DNA of 64,000 nt from a virus. Shown in pieces: positions 35,735 through 45,635 of the stretch. Under the pieces are notes generated by a model that was not told where the DNA came from, made no database searches, and saw nothing but the letters and a program-made list of their open reading frames with translations. Every line of letters starts with the position of its first letter. Position 1 is the stretch's first letter. The position numbers and the translations under genes were made by a program. The stretch covers positions 64,001-128,000 of the IMG/VR virus record IMGVR_UViG_3300020048_000015; one strand, written 5' to 3'.

Positions 35735-37918
35735 ATGAAAGTATCAAAATTCATAAAACCACACAAAGATATACTATTAGAATATATTTATGATGATGGC
35801 AATAACATAAGCGATTCCTATAAAATATTACAAAACCTTAGAGATAACACTTTTTCTTATGTTGCAGGTGATTCAAGTTCCACTGGAAACACTTTAACTA
35901 ATCAACTTTTTTTATTAGGTGGTGTTAGTAATAACTATGGATTAGTAAACACTACAAACTATTCATTTTTACAACTAAAAGACTATTCTTCTGGCTTCCC
36001 AGTAAGACATGATACTATAAAAGTATATCTACCTATAAATTGGACATTTGGTGAATATTTAGGATTCTATATTAAAGTTTATACATATGACTATAATAAT
36101 AAATATACCTATGCTTTATCTACATTCTTCTTTGATTCAACAAATTTAAATCAAAGTTATTTATTAAACTATAACACACCTGCTTTATTATTCCAAGAAA
36201 AACTATGGGGTAAGAATATTACAATCAATGTACCATCAGTTTATTCAGTTGCTAAACAAAGACAAAATGATGCACCTAAACTAAATTCACTTAATTACAA
36301 TTTGACAAATGGATTGGGTTTAAGTTTAACATCACCAATATTTATAGATTTTCATTTTATAACACAAAGAAAAACTATAAATAATATAACAACATATTTC
36401 CTAACTGCTAAGACACCAATAAGTCTTCCACAAACACCAGATTTTGAAAATATAGGAACACAAATTATTCATTCTACAAATGGTGATTATTTTGAAATAT
36501 ATGGTGTTTTTAATGGTGATATAAATCAATTTGATAATTTTATAAATGATTCAATACAATTAGGAAAAAGATATTATGTAACTTATAATATAACACTATA
36601 TGAACAAAATATAAGAGGTAAATCATTTATTATAACTGTAACAGAAAACTTTAATGAAAAAATAGATTATAGACCTATTATAAAATACTCAACAACAACT
36701 GCAATAATAGATGTTGAAATGTATATAATTGATGCTGTTGATAACACTTCTATTTATAGAAGAGCTTCTTATGGTATGTTACAAGATGAAGTCGCTAAAT
36801 ATAGTTTAAATCTTACTAAGATAAATCTAGCTAATGCAAGTAAACCAAAAATCTATAATATAAAATCACCAGAAGGCGCTGGTATATTTGGAAATTCAGG
36901 TAATACTGCTATGGGAAAATCACAAATAATATTAGAACCAATTAAAATAAATTATACAGTTTTATCTGATAGATTTAATGTTGTAGCAAAAAGCGAAAAT
37001 GTAACAATCGGTAGCCAAAAATTCTATGGTATTGGTAAATTACAATTGTTATTACAACCATTTGATAATATAATACAATTGAAAATAGCACAAGACTTTG
37101 CTAATTCAGATAACACAACGACCCCAACATACTTGGATATGTCTAATATGGGCGAAATAAAATTAGTTATAAAAAACCAACAACTTATGTTTGAAACAGG
37201 TCTTTACTTAGCTTCAAACCAAGTTGAATTAACAATTGGTATGACAGTATTCAAAATACCAGCAAGTAGAATGAATGATATTAGAAAAATATATGATTCT
37301 GGTCTAAATGTTTTCTATGTTACTGCTAAAACTGATACAGGAACAGTTGTTGTTTATTCAGGATTATATATTATTTATGACTCCAAAGATAATGTTAATA
37401 ATTTAAGAAATATTGTTCAAGCTTCCAATGTAAACAATAATACGCAACCATCAGTAATAATTGATCCATCTACACAAAAAGGAACAGCTATTGTAACAAG
37501 AAGTGTTGGAGAATTTACACCACCAACACCAACAATAAAAAAATTGAAATTAACTTCCTTCAAAAGTATGCCATCATCAACAATAATAAGTAAAGTAACT
37601 TATACTATCGGAACCGATTCTTCTTTAAGTATAGATGGTTATAAATATACTTCTAATGACATTAAAATAGTTTTAGGATTACCATCATCACCAACTAACT
37701 TATCTTTCAATACAGACGCTTTGTACTCAAATGGTAAGTATTTGGATAAATTAGTTGATATAAACAAAAAGTTATATTCTAAACTTATTACTACTAATGA
37801 CAAAAAAGAAATTTCTAATTTAACACAACAAAATTTTAAGGCAACAGCAGAAGAACAAGCTAAATCTAGTGGTAAATTAGGAATTATAGACAAAATTACT
37901 GGTAAATTAAGACCCTAA
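35735..37918 (+). CDS. Large beta-rich protein, probably virion structural (baseplate/tail)
   Basis: 727 aa, beta-rich, after TAATATATA and upstream of a tube-fold gene. Confidence 0.55.
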   Translation: MKVSKFIKPHKDILLEYIYDDGNNISDSYKILQNLRDNTFSYVAGDSSSTGNTLTNQLFLLGGVSNNYGLVNTTNYSFLQLKDYSSGFPVRHDTIKVYLPINWTFGEYLGFYIKVYTYDYNNKYTYALSTFFFDSTNLNQSYLLNYNTPALLFQEKLWGKNITINVPSVYSVAKQRQNDAPKLNSLNYNLTNGLGLSLTSPIFIDFHFITQRKTINNITTYFLTAKTPISLPQTPDFENIGTQIIHSTNGDYFEIYGVFNGDINQFDNFINDSIQLGKRYYVTYNITLYEQNIRGKSFIITVTENFNEKIDYRPIIKYSTTTAIIDVEMYIIDAVDNTSIYRRASYGMLQDEVAKYSLNLTKINLANASKPKIYNIKSPEGAGIFGNSGNTAMGKSQIILEPIKINYTVLSDRFNVVAKSENVTIGSQKFYGIGKLQLLLQPFDNIIQLKIAQDFANSDNTTTPTYLDMSNMGEIKLVIKNQQLMFETGLYLASNQVELTIGMTVFKIPASRMNDIRKIYDSGLNVFYVTAKTDTGTVVVYSGLYIIYDSKDNVNNLRNIVQASNVNNNTQPSVIIDPSTQKGTAIVTRSVGEFTPPTPTIKKLKLTSFKSMPSSTIISKVTYTIGTDSSLSIDGYKYTSNDIKIVLGLPSSPTNLSFNTDALYSNGKYLDKLVDINKKLYSKLITTNDKKEISNLTQQNFKATAEEQAKSSGKLGIIDKITGKLRP

Positions 37919-37990
37919 ATCAAATAAAAATTAGAAAAGCAATTAAATAACTACAGAAATAAAACTGTAGGATAAAAATAAAATAAAGAA

Positions 37991-38590
37991 ATGCGTTTAT
38001 CAAGCCAGTCAAGTTCGTTTATATTTTCATTACCCAGTGATTTTTTACCACAAGAAATAATCAATACATATAAACCAATTTTAGAAAAAAATTGGATTCA
38101 ATACGAAAATGTAATTGATTACTTAAATTCTACGATAAAATCGGTTAACTTCCCTGGATTAAGTGTTGCTACACCAGAACAAAGATTAATAAGAGGTAAA
38201 GTAAGAGCTTATAAACCTGCTACAAATGTTCAGGATATATTAACAAGCCATGAAATATCTGTAACTTTTAGATCAGTTGATTCTGATTTAAATTATTGGC
38301 TGACTTATGATATATTCAGCAAACATTATTTAGATGTTATAAATCTATATATAAACCCATTCACCATAACATCAATTGATATATGGCGAGATGCTATTTA
38401 TACTATAAAATTTATGGAAATAATTGCTGTTGGTTTAAGTGAAAATACATTTGATTATTCCCAACAAAAGACAAATTCAAAAGAATTTAATATAACATTT
38501 AAATTTAATTTTACTGATATTGAATTCTTATTAAATAAATCAAAAGTTCTTGAACTTGGAACTGTACCAACAATAATTCAAAAAATATAA
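37991..38590 (+). CDS. T4 gp19/gp54/gp48-like tail-tube-fold protein
   Basis: SVNFPGLSV, ISVTFRSVD, IYTIKFMEI, LSENTFDYS, FNITFKF pattern. Confidence 0.7.
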   Translation: MRLSSQSSSFIFSLPSDFLPQEIINTYKPILEKNWIQYENVIDYLNSTIKSVNFPGLSVATPEQRLIRGKVRAYKPATNVQDILTSHEISVTFRSVDSDLNYWLTYDIFSKHYLDVINLYINPFTITSIDIWRDAIYTIKFMEIIAVGLSENTFDYSQQKTNSKEFNITFKFNFTDIEFLLNKSKVLELGTVPTIIQKI

Positions 38591-38593
38591 TTA

Positions 38594-38977
38594 ATGATGA
38601 AATACATAAAACTATTTGAAAATTTTTATGATGATACTTCTTGGACTAAAGAAATAGATGGAAAAGAAGAAACCATAACCATACACGATATACAAGAATA
38701 TCTTAAAAATGATGATGTTGTTAATATAAAAGTTGATGATATTAAACATATGTGCATCCACAAAAATAAAAAGGATAAAAAAACAATTGAACGTTCACAA
38801 AAAGCAGACTTAAATTATCCAATAATAATATCAAAAGGAACAGATGGTAAATTTAAAATGATTTTAGATGGACATCATAGATTAAAAAAGGCTATTGATG
38901 ATAGTGTAGAATTTATAAAAGCAAAAATTATAGATCTAAGAAATACACCAGATATTTACAAAAATATGTTTGAATAA
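38594..38977 (+). CDS. ParB/Sulfiredoxin-like domain protein with leader
   Basis: ADLNYPIII...ILDGHHRLKKA. Confidence 0.8.
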   Translation: MMKYIKLFENFYDDTSWTKEIDGKEETITIHDIQEYLKNDDVVNIKVDDIKHMCIHKNKKDKKTIERSQKADLNYPIIISKGTDGKFKMILDGHHRLKKAIDDSVEFIKAKIIDLRNTPDIYKNMFE

Positions 38978-39012
38978 ATTAATATATAGAATATAAAAAA
39001 AAAAAATGAATT

Positions 39013-39369
39013 ATGAAACACATTAAATTATTTGAAAATTTTGATGAAAAAGATGGTAAAAATTGGAAAACTGCATTTGATGCATATCAAGGTATGTATC
39101 TTAATATTACAGACGAAATTAAACAAAAAATTAAAAAAGAACTTGGATTAGATGATGATAATATCAAGTTTGGATATAACGAAATGCAAGAAGATAGAAG
39201 TATGTGGTTTGCTTCTATTCTAATTAATTTAGATGCATTATCTGATGATAAGAAATCAAATTTTAAAGATATAGTTAGAAATATCACCAACCCAAAAATT
39301 CCAAATAATGCACCCATAACAAAAAAATCCGGAATTATAAATAAAATTAAAGGTTTTTTTAGCAAATAG
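39013..39369 (+). CDS. Hypothetical protein with MKHIKLFENF leader
   Basis: 118 aa; TAATATATA at 38980-38988. Confidence 0.75.
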   Translation: MKHIKLFENFDEKDGKNWKTAFDAYQGMYLNITDEIKQKIKKELGLDDDNIKFGYNEMQEDRSMWFASILINLDALSDDKKSNFKDIVRNITNPKIPNNAPITKKSGIINKIKGFFSK

Positions 39370-39375
39370 TAATAA

Positions 39376-39417
39376 AAAAAAATGTTGATAATATTTAAAT
39401 ATTATCAACATTTTTTT
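39376..39417. terminator. Bidirectional terminator (42-bp palindrome)
   Basis: aaaaaaatgttgataatattt|aaatattatcaacattttttt. Confidence 0.8.
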
Positions 39418-39592
39418 ATTGTTCACCAAATAATTGTTCTTCTAACCAATCAAACCATTCTACTTCCAACATATCCCAATCAACATTATCTGTTAGTAAC
39501 TTTTTTGCTTCTCGTTGTCTATCAGTTATTAGTTTAGCCATTTCCCATAGTTTTTGATTTGATAATGGAATTGATATTCTTTCTTTAGACAT
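39416..39592 (-). CDS. Small hypothetical protein (58 aa)
   Basis: Read by hand: MSKERISIPLSNQKLWEM...WFDWLEEQLFGEQ. Confidence 0.6.
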   Translation of the reverse strand: MSKERISIPLSNQKLWEMAKLITDRQREAKKLLTDNVDWDMLEVEWFDWLEEQLFGEQ

Positions 39593-39722
39593 TTTTTATA
39601 TTTTTTATCTTATCTAAGATATTTTTTACCCTAGTTCTTTTATCTTTATACCCAAATGATTTCAATATTTCTAAATTAATTTGTTTTGCTAATTCATCTG
39701 CTAACATCTTTACTACATCCAT
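39585..39722 (-). CDS. 45-aa protein with gp23-like segment (MLADELAKQINLEIL)
   Basis: Read by hand. Resembles T4 gp23 ILATEIMLEINREVV (recalled from memory). Basic tail KRTRVKNILDK. Confidence 0.55.
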   Translation of the reverse strand: MDVVKMLADELAKQINLEILKSFGYKDKRTRVKNILDKIKNIKNV

Positions 39723-39724
39723 AA

Positions 39725-40417
39725 TTATCTTATAATTTTAAAACAACAATATTTATTTTCCCAACCACCAACTTGTTCAAATGCATATTTATTATTTATC
39801 TTATCTATTAAAAGTGTTAATCCCGTTTCATTTTCTTTACCCGAATTACCAACAATAATTTTATCAGAATCAATAGTATCATCAAATATTACTTTAATCC
39901 CATAATTATTATTAGTATCTACATATTCTTGACAATCTCTACCAACTAAAACAAAATTAGCAGATCCTATTCTACTTTTAACAGCTATCATATTAGAAGC
40001 CATCATTATTTTTGACATAAATCTTCTAACATTATATTCATAATTTTCCGCTCTAGTTTTGTTTTCATCAAATTCAATAGTATAATTTAAACTTGATTCA
40101 ATCTGTATATTAGTATTCAAGAAATTAAAAACTTCATAGTATATTTGATCATATTGTGCAATGTCTTTAATAGTTAAAGACTTTGAATTTATAACCATTT
40201 CAATTGTTCCAAAATCGTCTTCTTTAATTTCTACATAACCAGATTTATATTCATCTATTTCATCATCAACTATTGCACCAATCGCCAAATCCCTATTTTT
40301 TTGTTTAATTTTGGAAATATCTTTTATTTGTGGTTCTAAATAATATATTGTGTTTGTATTTAATAAATCACATTCTTTATAAAAACACACTTCTTTTAAT
40401 TTTTCATTATTGTTCAT
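39725..40417 (-). CDS. Protein with partial gp23/gp24-like major-capsid C-terminal region
   Basis: KIMMASNMIAVKSRIGSANFVLV and KVIFDD...IIVGNSG..ETGL resemble gp23 QIDKEAVEIARQTGRGEGNFII and RVYIDQ...VGYKG...DAG. Confidence 0.55.
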   Translation of the reverse strand: MNNNEKLKEVCFYKECDLLNTNTIYYLEPQIKDISKIKQKNRDLAIGAIVDDEIDEYKSGYVEIKEDDFGTIEMVINSKSLTIKDIAQYDQIYYEVFNFLNTNIQIESSLNYTIEFDENKTRAENYEYNVRRFMSKIMMASNMIAVKSRIGSANFVLVGRDCQEYVDTNNNYGIKVIFDDTIDSDKIIVGNSGKENETGLTLLIDKINNKYAFEQVGGWENKYCCFKIIR

Positions 40418-40574
40418 TTATCTTTCTTAAAATATTTTTTATAATTTTAATCCTTTTATAAAGATACAAATTATCACTACCAACTAAAATATAATTGGAA
40501 CTTCCTTTCCTACTTTTATTTGCTAAACTATTAGCCGCAGATAATAGTTTAGTTATTAAATCTCGTTGATACAT
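40407..40574 (-). CDS. 55-aa protein with gp23-like segment (KLLSAANSLANKSRKGSSNYILVG)
   Basis: Read by hand. Paralogous to a segment of 39725-40417. Basic tail KRIKIIKNILRK. Confidence 0.6.
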   Translation of the reverse strand: MYQRDLITKLLSAANSLANKSRKGSSNYILVGSDNLYLYKRIKIIKNILRKINEQ

Positions 40575-40735
40575 CTATCTAAAATTTCTTTAATAAAAAT
40601 TTTTCTTTTTTCTTTTGTATATTCCCTTATCACATCATCAAAACTACCGTGCATCATACTAAGATCAGAAATCATTTCACTTTTCCAAGAAGTTTTCAAT
40701 TGTCTTGTTGACACATTTACTATTTTACATTCCAT
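40556..40735 (-). CDS. 59-aa protein with gp23-like segment ([22 protein letters not shown])
   Basis: Read by hand. Resembles T4 gp23 KSRQLKAAYSIELAQDLRAVHG. Basic tail KRKIFIKKILDR. Confidence 0.6.
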   Translation of the reverse strand: MECKIVNVSTRQLKTSWKSEMISDLSMMHGSFDDVIREYTKEKRKIFIKEILDRCINEI

Positions 40736-41822
40736 GACTATTGTTTATTTTAAATCCACCATCAATTAGATACTTATCTTTACTAAACAATTCCAAATCA
40801 GATTGAACCATTTCTTTACATATATCTTCAACTGTATATGTTGGTTCCCATCCCAATTGTGTTTTAGCTTTAGTATAATCACCAATTAACAAATCAACTT
40901 CAGTAGGTCTGAAATATTCAGAATCAACTTCAATTAATAAATCACCAGTTTCCTTATTATAACCTTTTTCATCAACACCAACACCTTTCCATACGATATG
41001 GACATTAACTTCATTAAAAGCCAATTCAACAAATCTTCTAACTGTTATTTTTCTATTTGTTGCTAATATATAATCATCAGGTTTATCTTGTTGCATCATT
41101 AACCAAGCACCATACATATAATCTTTAGCGTGACCCCAATCTCTTTCGGCATCTAAATTACCTAAATATAGTTTTTCTTGTAATCCTAAGAATATTTTAG
41201 CAACTGCCATTGTAATTTTCCTTGTAACAAAGGTTTCACTTCTGCGTCCACTTTCGTGATTGTACAGAATTCCGCAACAAGCAAATATACCATAAGCTTC
41301 TCTATAATTAACTGTAATCCAATGTGCATAAAGTTTTGCAACACCATATGGACTTCTTGGATAGAATGGTGTAGTTTCTTTTTGTGGTATTTCCTGAACT
41401 TTTCCGAACATCTCCGAACTTGAAGCTTGATAATACTTAACCTTTTTTTCCATTCCAAGAATTCTAATAGCTTCAAGAACACGCAAAGCACCCATTCCTG
41501 TAACATCACCTGTATATTCTGGTAGACCAAAAGAAACTTTAACGTGTGATTGTGCGCCAAGATTATAGATTTCATCAGGTTGAACTTCTTTTATTATTCT
41601 AATTAAATTAGTTGAATCTGATAAATCACCATAATGTAAGAAGAAGTTATTATTTTCTTCGTGTTTATCTTTATAAAGATGATCAATTCTTGAAGTATTG
41701 AATGATGAACTTCTTCTTTTTATACCATGAACGATATAACCTTTTGATAAAAGCAATTCTGCTAAATAACTTCCATCTTGTCCAGTAATTCCTGTGCAAA
41801 GTGCTACCTTCTTTTTATCCAT
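40725..41822 (-). CDS. gmd: GDP-mannose 4,6-dehydratase
   Basis: [58 protein letters not shown]. Confidence 0.97.
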   Translation of the reverse strand: MDKKKVALCTGITGQDGSYLAELLLSKGYIVHGIKRRSSSFNTSRIDHLYKDKHEENNNFFLHYGDLSDSTNLIRIIKEVQPDEIYNLGAQSHVKVSFGLPEYTGDVTGMGALRVLEAIRILGMEKKVKYYQASSSEMFGKVQEIPQKETTPFYPRSPYGVAKLYAHWITVNYREAYGIFACCGILYNHESGRRSETFVTRKITMAVAKIFLGLQEKLYLGNLDAERDWGHAKDYMYGAWLMMQQDKPDDYILATNRKITVRRFVELAFNEVNVHIVWKGVGVDEKGYNKETGDLLIEVDSEYFRPTEVDLLIGDYTKAKTQLGWEPTYTVEDICKEMVQSDLELFSKDKYLIDGGFKINNSHGM

Positions 41823-41842
41823 TTAAATTTTTGTTTATTATA

Positions 41843-43465
41843 TTATAAATTATTGGTTTGTTTAAATGTAATATCTTTTTCTATACTATATGGATGCCAA
41901 GAGCATTTATTAAAAAAATCTCGCCAATATATATATGTCTTGTAGTCATTAGGAGTACCCCAACATATATAGTTTATAACTTCAAACACTTTAACATTTA
42001 AACCACTTTTAATATTTTGATTTAACACATCATCAACATAGAATTCACCATTAGTTCTAATATTTGATTCATAATTCTTTTTAAGACCATCAATAAAATA
42101 CTTGGCTTTTCTAAAATACATTGTCCCAATTATAGCATGTGTTTTTAAGGGATCATCATATATAAACTTTTTACAAGAAACGTGTTTTATTAAATTATTT
42201 TCATCAACTTCTAACCAAGCATACATATTTGGATTCAATTTACTTGTTTGATTATTTCTAAATGACCATACTATAACATCATTATTTTCATCATTAACAA
42301 GTTCCAAATATTCATTTGTATCATAATATACACCATTATCACAAGCAGAAATAAGAATAGGTTTTTCTAAATCTAAATTAGCATTATTTATACCAATTTC
42401 ACAAGTACATGCTTGACCTTCAGTAGTTTTATTTATTTTAATAATATTACAATTTGGATAACTATCATTAAGTTTTTCACTTAAATTAAAATTATCTATG
42501 TGTTCTTCTAAGCATATAAATATATTATTTTCAGATTGTGGTAAACAATTTACTGCTTGTATTACCATAGGTAGACCATTTACATCAATTAATGGTTTTG
42601 GAATATCATATCCACATTCAGTGAATCTACTTCCTTTACCAGCCATTGGTAAAACTAATGTAACATCAGGATTATTTTTAATTATTGGTTGCTTTTTAAT
42701 TATATTTGAAAAATAATTAGACCAACCTTTATATACTTCTAAATCATATGGTGTTCCCCATTGTAACATATTTTCTATTTCAAAAATACTAACATTTAAT
42801 CCATCTTTAACTAATAAATTATAAACAAGACTAACATAAAATTCACCATTTAAATTTATATTTAAATCTATTAGTTTCTGGAAATACTTTTTAACAAGTG
42901 ATCCACTTTTGAAATAATATGTTCCATTGGAAGCATATTCACTCATCTTATCATCAGTGAATGGTTCTTTCTCCTTAATTTCAATAAGTCTTTTATTCTC
43001 TTCCTTACAGAAAGCATAATTATCACTACCCAACATATGAGGGTGAAATCCGGTATAACAAGGTATAGCACCATCTGAATTTTTACTTCTAATTTCATCT
43101 AAAAACTTATTGAAATCCCAATAAGTACCATAATCACAATAACTAACTATAACTTCTGATTCATCATCAATATTATCTATAATCTGATTAATAGCATCAA
43201 CTGGTCCTTTTCTATTATCATTAGAAACTTCAAATATTTTACAATTTGGTGAAATTGATATTAAAATTTCTTTCATATTTGTTTCCTTTAGATGTTTTTC
43301 ATTACATATAAATGTAATATTATCAACACCAGGAAAAAGGTTAATGACATGTTTAATTATTGGAAAACCATCAACTTCAATTAATGGCTTAGGAACTGTA
43401 TAACCAGCTTCTATAAATCTTTTACCAATGCCTGACATTGGTATAATAAGTTGTATATTATTCAT
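41843..43465 (-). CDS. Tandem double sugar-nucleotidyltransferase (GT-A fold)
   Basis: Two copies of IPM(S/A)GxGxRF...PKPLI(E/D)V.G.P; each ends in WGTP.D. Confidence 0.88.
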   Translation of the reverse strand: MNNIQLIIPMSGIGKRFIEAGYTVPKPLIEVDGFPIIKHVINLFPGVDNITFICNEKHLKETNMKEILISISPNCKIFEVSNDNRKGPVDAINQIIDNIDDESEVIVSYCDYGTYWDFNKFLDEIRSKNSDGAIPCYTGFHPHMLGSDNYAFCKEENKRLIEIKEKEPFTDDKMSEYASNGTYYFKSGSLVKKYFQKLIDLNINLNGEFYVSLVYNLLVKDGLNVSIFEIENMLQWGTPYDLEVYKGWSNYFSNIIKKQPIIKNNPDVTLVLPMAGKGSRFTECGYDIPKPLIDVNGLPMVIQAVNCLPQSENNIFICLEEHIDNFNLSEKLNDSYPNCNIIKINKTTEGQACTCEIGINNANLDLEKPILISACDNGVYYDTNEYLELVNDENNDVIVWSFRNNQTSKLNPNMYAWLEVDENNLIKHVSCKKFIYDDPLKTHAIIGTMYFRKAKYFIDGLKKNYESNIRTNGEFYVDDVLNQNIKSGLNVKVFEVINYICWGTPNDYKTYIYWRDFFNKCSWHPYSIEKDITFKQTNNL

Positions 43466-43934
43466 ATAATCCTTTTTGTTTTAAAATATATTCAGCCATC
43501 GTTATATAATCAGTACAGACAGCATATACCAAACCACCTTTATAATTTATTAAATCACTATCACTTAATAGTGGTATTATACATTTTTTACTTAGATTCA
43601 TTTCTAAATCATGAACCCAAATATGATTAGAGCTTGTCATAACAAACAAATCTGATTTATGACAAAAGAACTTGAAGTTTGATAGTTTACATAATTCAGT
43701 AGCAGCATCTAAGTTTTTACAATGAAACCATATGCTATTCTTTCTATTTTCCATCCACTTTTCACTTATTTCATAATCAGGTGTATCGTGTCCTAAATAG
43801 AATTTACCATTCATATAGTTAATATCTACTTCAACTTCATATCCAGCTGATATAGCAGTATCTATATATGATGGTGAATTTTCTCTTGATGGATTTAAAC
43901 CATTTATATTTCCTCTATGTGATATTAGTTTCAT
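43458..43934 (-). CDS. Short glycerophosphodiester-phosphodiesterase-like protein
   Basis: LISHRGN..EN..GYEVEVD..LGHD..WFHCKN. Confidence 0.75.
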   Translation of the reverse strand: MKLISHRGNINGLNPSRENSPSYIDTAISAGYEVEVDINYMNGKFYLGHDTPDYEISEKWMENRKNSIWFHCKNLDAATELCKLSNFKFFCHKSDLFVMTSSNHIWVHDLEMNLSKKCIIPLLSDSDLINYKGGLVYAVCTDYITMAEYILKQKGLYE

Positions 43935-44230
43935 ATTTCTTCTATTCTAAGTGTTTTATCATCAATAAATAAATCATAATATGGCTTTGTAACATTTAGT
44001 TCATGGTGTTTAGCCCCCCATTCAATTAATTGTTGTTTAGTAAGTTCATACCAATTTATTTGTGATCTGCTACCTCGAGCAGTCCAATAAACAATAGTAT
44101 TACCATCATCATAGAGTTTATTAATCTTTTCTATGTTTTCTTTTATTGGTTTAGCATTGGAATAATTTCTAGGTTCCGGTGTAATACAGATTGTTTCATC
44201 TATATCAACATAAATAACTTTCATTTTCAT
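43931..44230 (-). CDS. Small HAD-superfamily phosphatase
   Basis: VDIDETI, WTARG, KP.YD..IDDK. Confidence 0.85.
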   Translation of the reverse strand: MKMKVIYVDIDETICITPEPRNYSNAKPIKENIEKINKLYDDGNTIVYWTARGSRSQINWYELTKQQLIEWGAKHHELNVTKPYYDLFIDDKTLRIEEI

Positions 44231-44880
44231 TTTATTAATCCTTGTCTATATTTTTCATTTTTATCGTTTTCTAAATCATTTATTTCTAAATCTGATAAGA
44301 AATTTATACTACCTAAATTAAGACAATCTATAAATATTTCAGCAGACTTTTCACATATCTCAGTAGAAATTATACATTCATCTATTGTTTTCCCACAAGT
44401 AATTATTCCATGGTTTTTAAGTAAAATTAATTTTGGAAAAAAACCTTCTTTTTCAATGAATTCTAAGACACCTTTCTTAATAGCATTTGTCAAATCATCA
44501 CCTGGTTTAGCATATGGTATTAAACAAGATTTTTTACCATTAAAAACAACTTGATCTGGAAATAACCTATTCCTTGAATATGAATCACTAAAGTCACCAC
44601 ATAGTATTTTTAAGGCATTTATTGGATGCGTATGTGATACATAATTAACATTATCAAATCCAAGTAGGAAAGTATGAAAACTTAATTCCATACTTCCTTT
44701 CTTAGAAAAATTAGATAATTGTATACCATTCATATCAAATTCAACTAAATCATTATGTGATAATTCACTTAATTTAGCCCCACTTGCTTTAATCAAAAGA
44801 CCACTTTCAGTTTTTTCTGAAATGTTACCTTCCATACCAACACAATATTTTGATATTTTTTTTGATAATTCTATTAACAT
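44227..44880 (-). CDS. Class II aldolase/adducin family protein
   Basis: EGNIS, IKASG, SMELSFH, HTHP, LKNHG. Confidence 0.88.
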   Translation of the reverse strand: MLIELSKKISKYCVGMEGNISEKTESGLLIKASGAKLSELSHNDLVEFDMNGIQLSNFSKKGSMELSFHTFLLGFDNVNYVSHTHPINALKILCGDFSDSYSRNRLFPDQVVFNGKKSCLIPYAKPGDDLTNAIKKGVLEFIEKEGFFPKLILLKNHGIITCGKTIDECIISTEICEKSAEIFIDCLNLGSINFLSDLEINDLENDKNEKYRQGLIK

Positions 44881-44881
44881 A

Positions 44882-45613
44882 TTAAAATGATTTTTTTAAT
44901 AAAAATGCGGTTGGTGCTATCCAATTGGTTGACTTTAATGAATAATCTATATTATTTTCTTTAAGAAATCTTTCAACACCCACACTTTCACTAAATTTAT
45001 GATATTCATATTCATCAAATAAAATATAACCTCCTGGTAATATTCTATCCCATAGGTGTTTAAGTGAGTAATATGTTGGTCTATCTAAATCAACATCTAT
45101 ATAAAGTAGAGAAACTCTAAAACCTGGATTCTTTTCTAGAAATTCCGGAATAGAATTTTGAACATCCCCTTGAACTAATAAAAATTTATCTTCATCAGCA
45201 CCAGAAGTAACTAATTTATTTTTAACTGAGCTTAATAGAAGTTCAGTATTATCAACTCTACTATAAACTATCCCCATTGATTCTTTATCAACTTTACTAT
45301 CCTTATTTAGTGCGTTATCTGCTAATTCTGTATCAAATATATCAAATCCAACAACCTTCTTATTTGAATTTGGACAATATATTTTAAGGAACTTCAAAAA
45401 TGAAGACATTCCACTTCCCTTAAATACACCTATTTCAACGATATCACCAGGTAAATCCTTTGTCTTTAAGAAATATTCAAATCTATGTAGTAATTTACCA
45501 GTTAGTTTAACATCATCAGAAAATATGAAGTTATTAAAACTATCATAATTATTTTGACTTGGTAAATTTAGTTTATTATTGTTTGATATATCTTTTTGAT
45601 CCATTTTTTTCAT
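44882..45613 (-). CDS. TylF/MycF-type sugar O-methyltransferase
   Basis: PGDIVEIGVFKG, GFDIF, LLYIDVDL, GGYILFDEY. Confidence 0.88.
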   Translation of the reverse strand: MKKMDQKDISNNNKLNLPSQNNYDSFNNFIFSDDVKLTGKLLHRFEYFLKTKDLPGDIVEIGVFKGSGMSSFLKFLKIYCPNSNKKVVGFDIFDTELADNALNKDSKVDKESMGIVYSRVDNTELLLSSVKNKLVTSGADEDKFLLVQGDVQNSIPEFLEKNPGFRVSLLYIDVDLDRPTYYSLKHLWDRILPGGYILFDEYEYHKFSESVGVERFLKENNIDYSLKSTNWIAPTAFLLKKSF

Positions 45614-45635
45614 ATAAATTATTTTATAATTCTAT

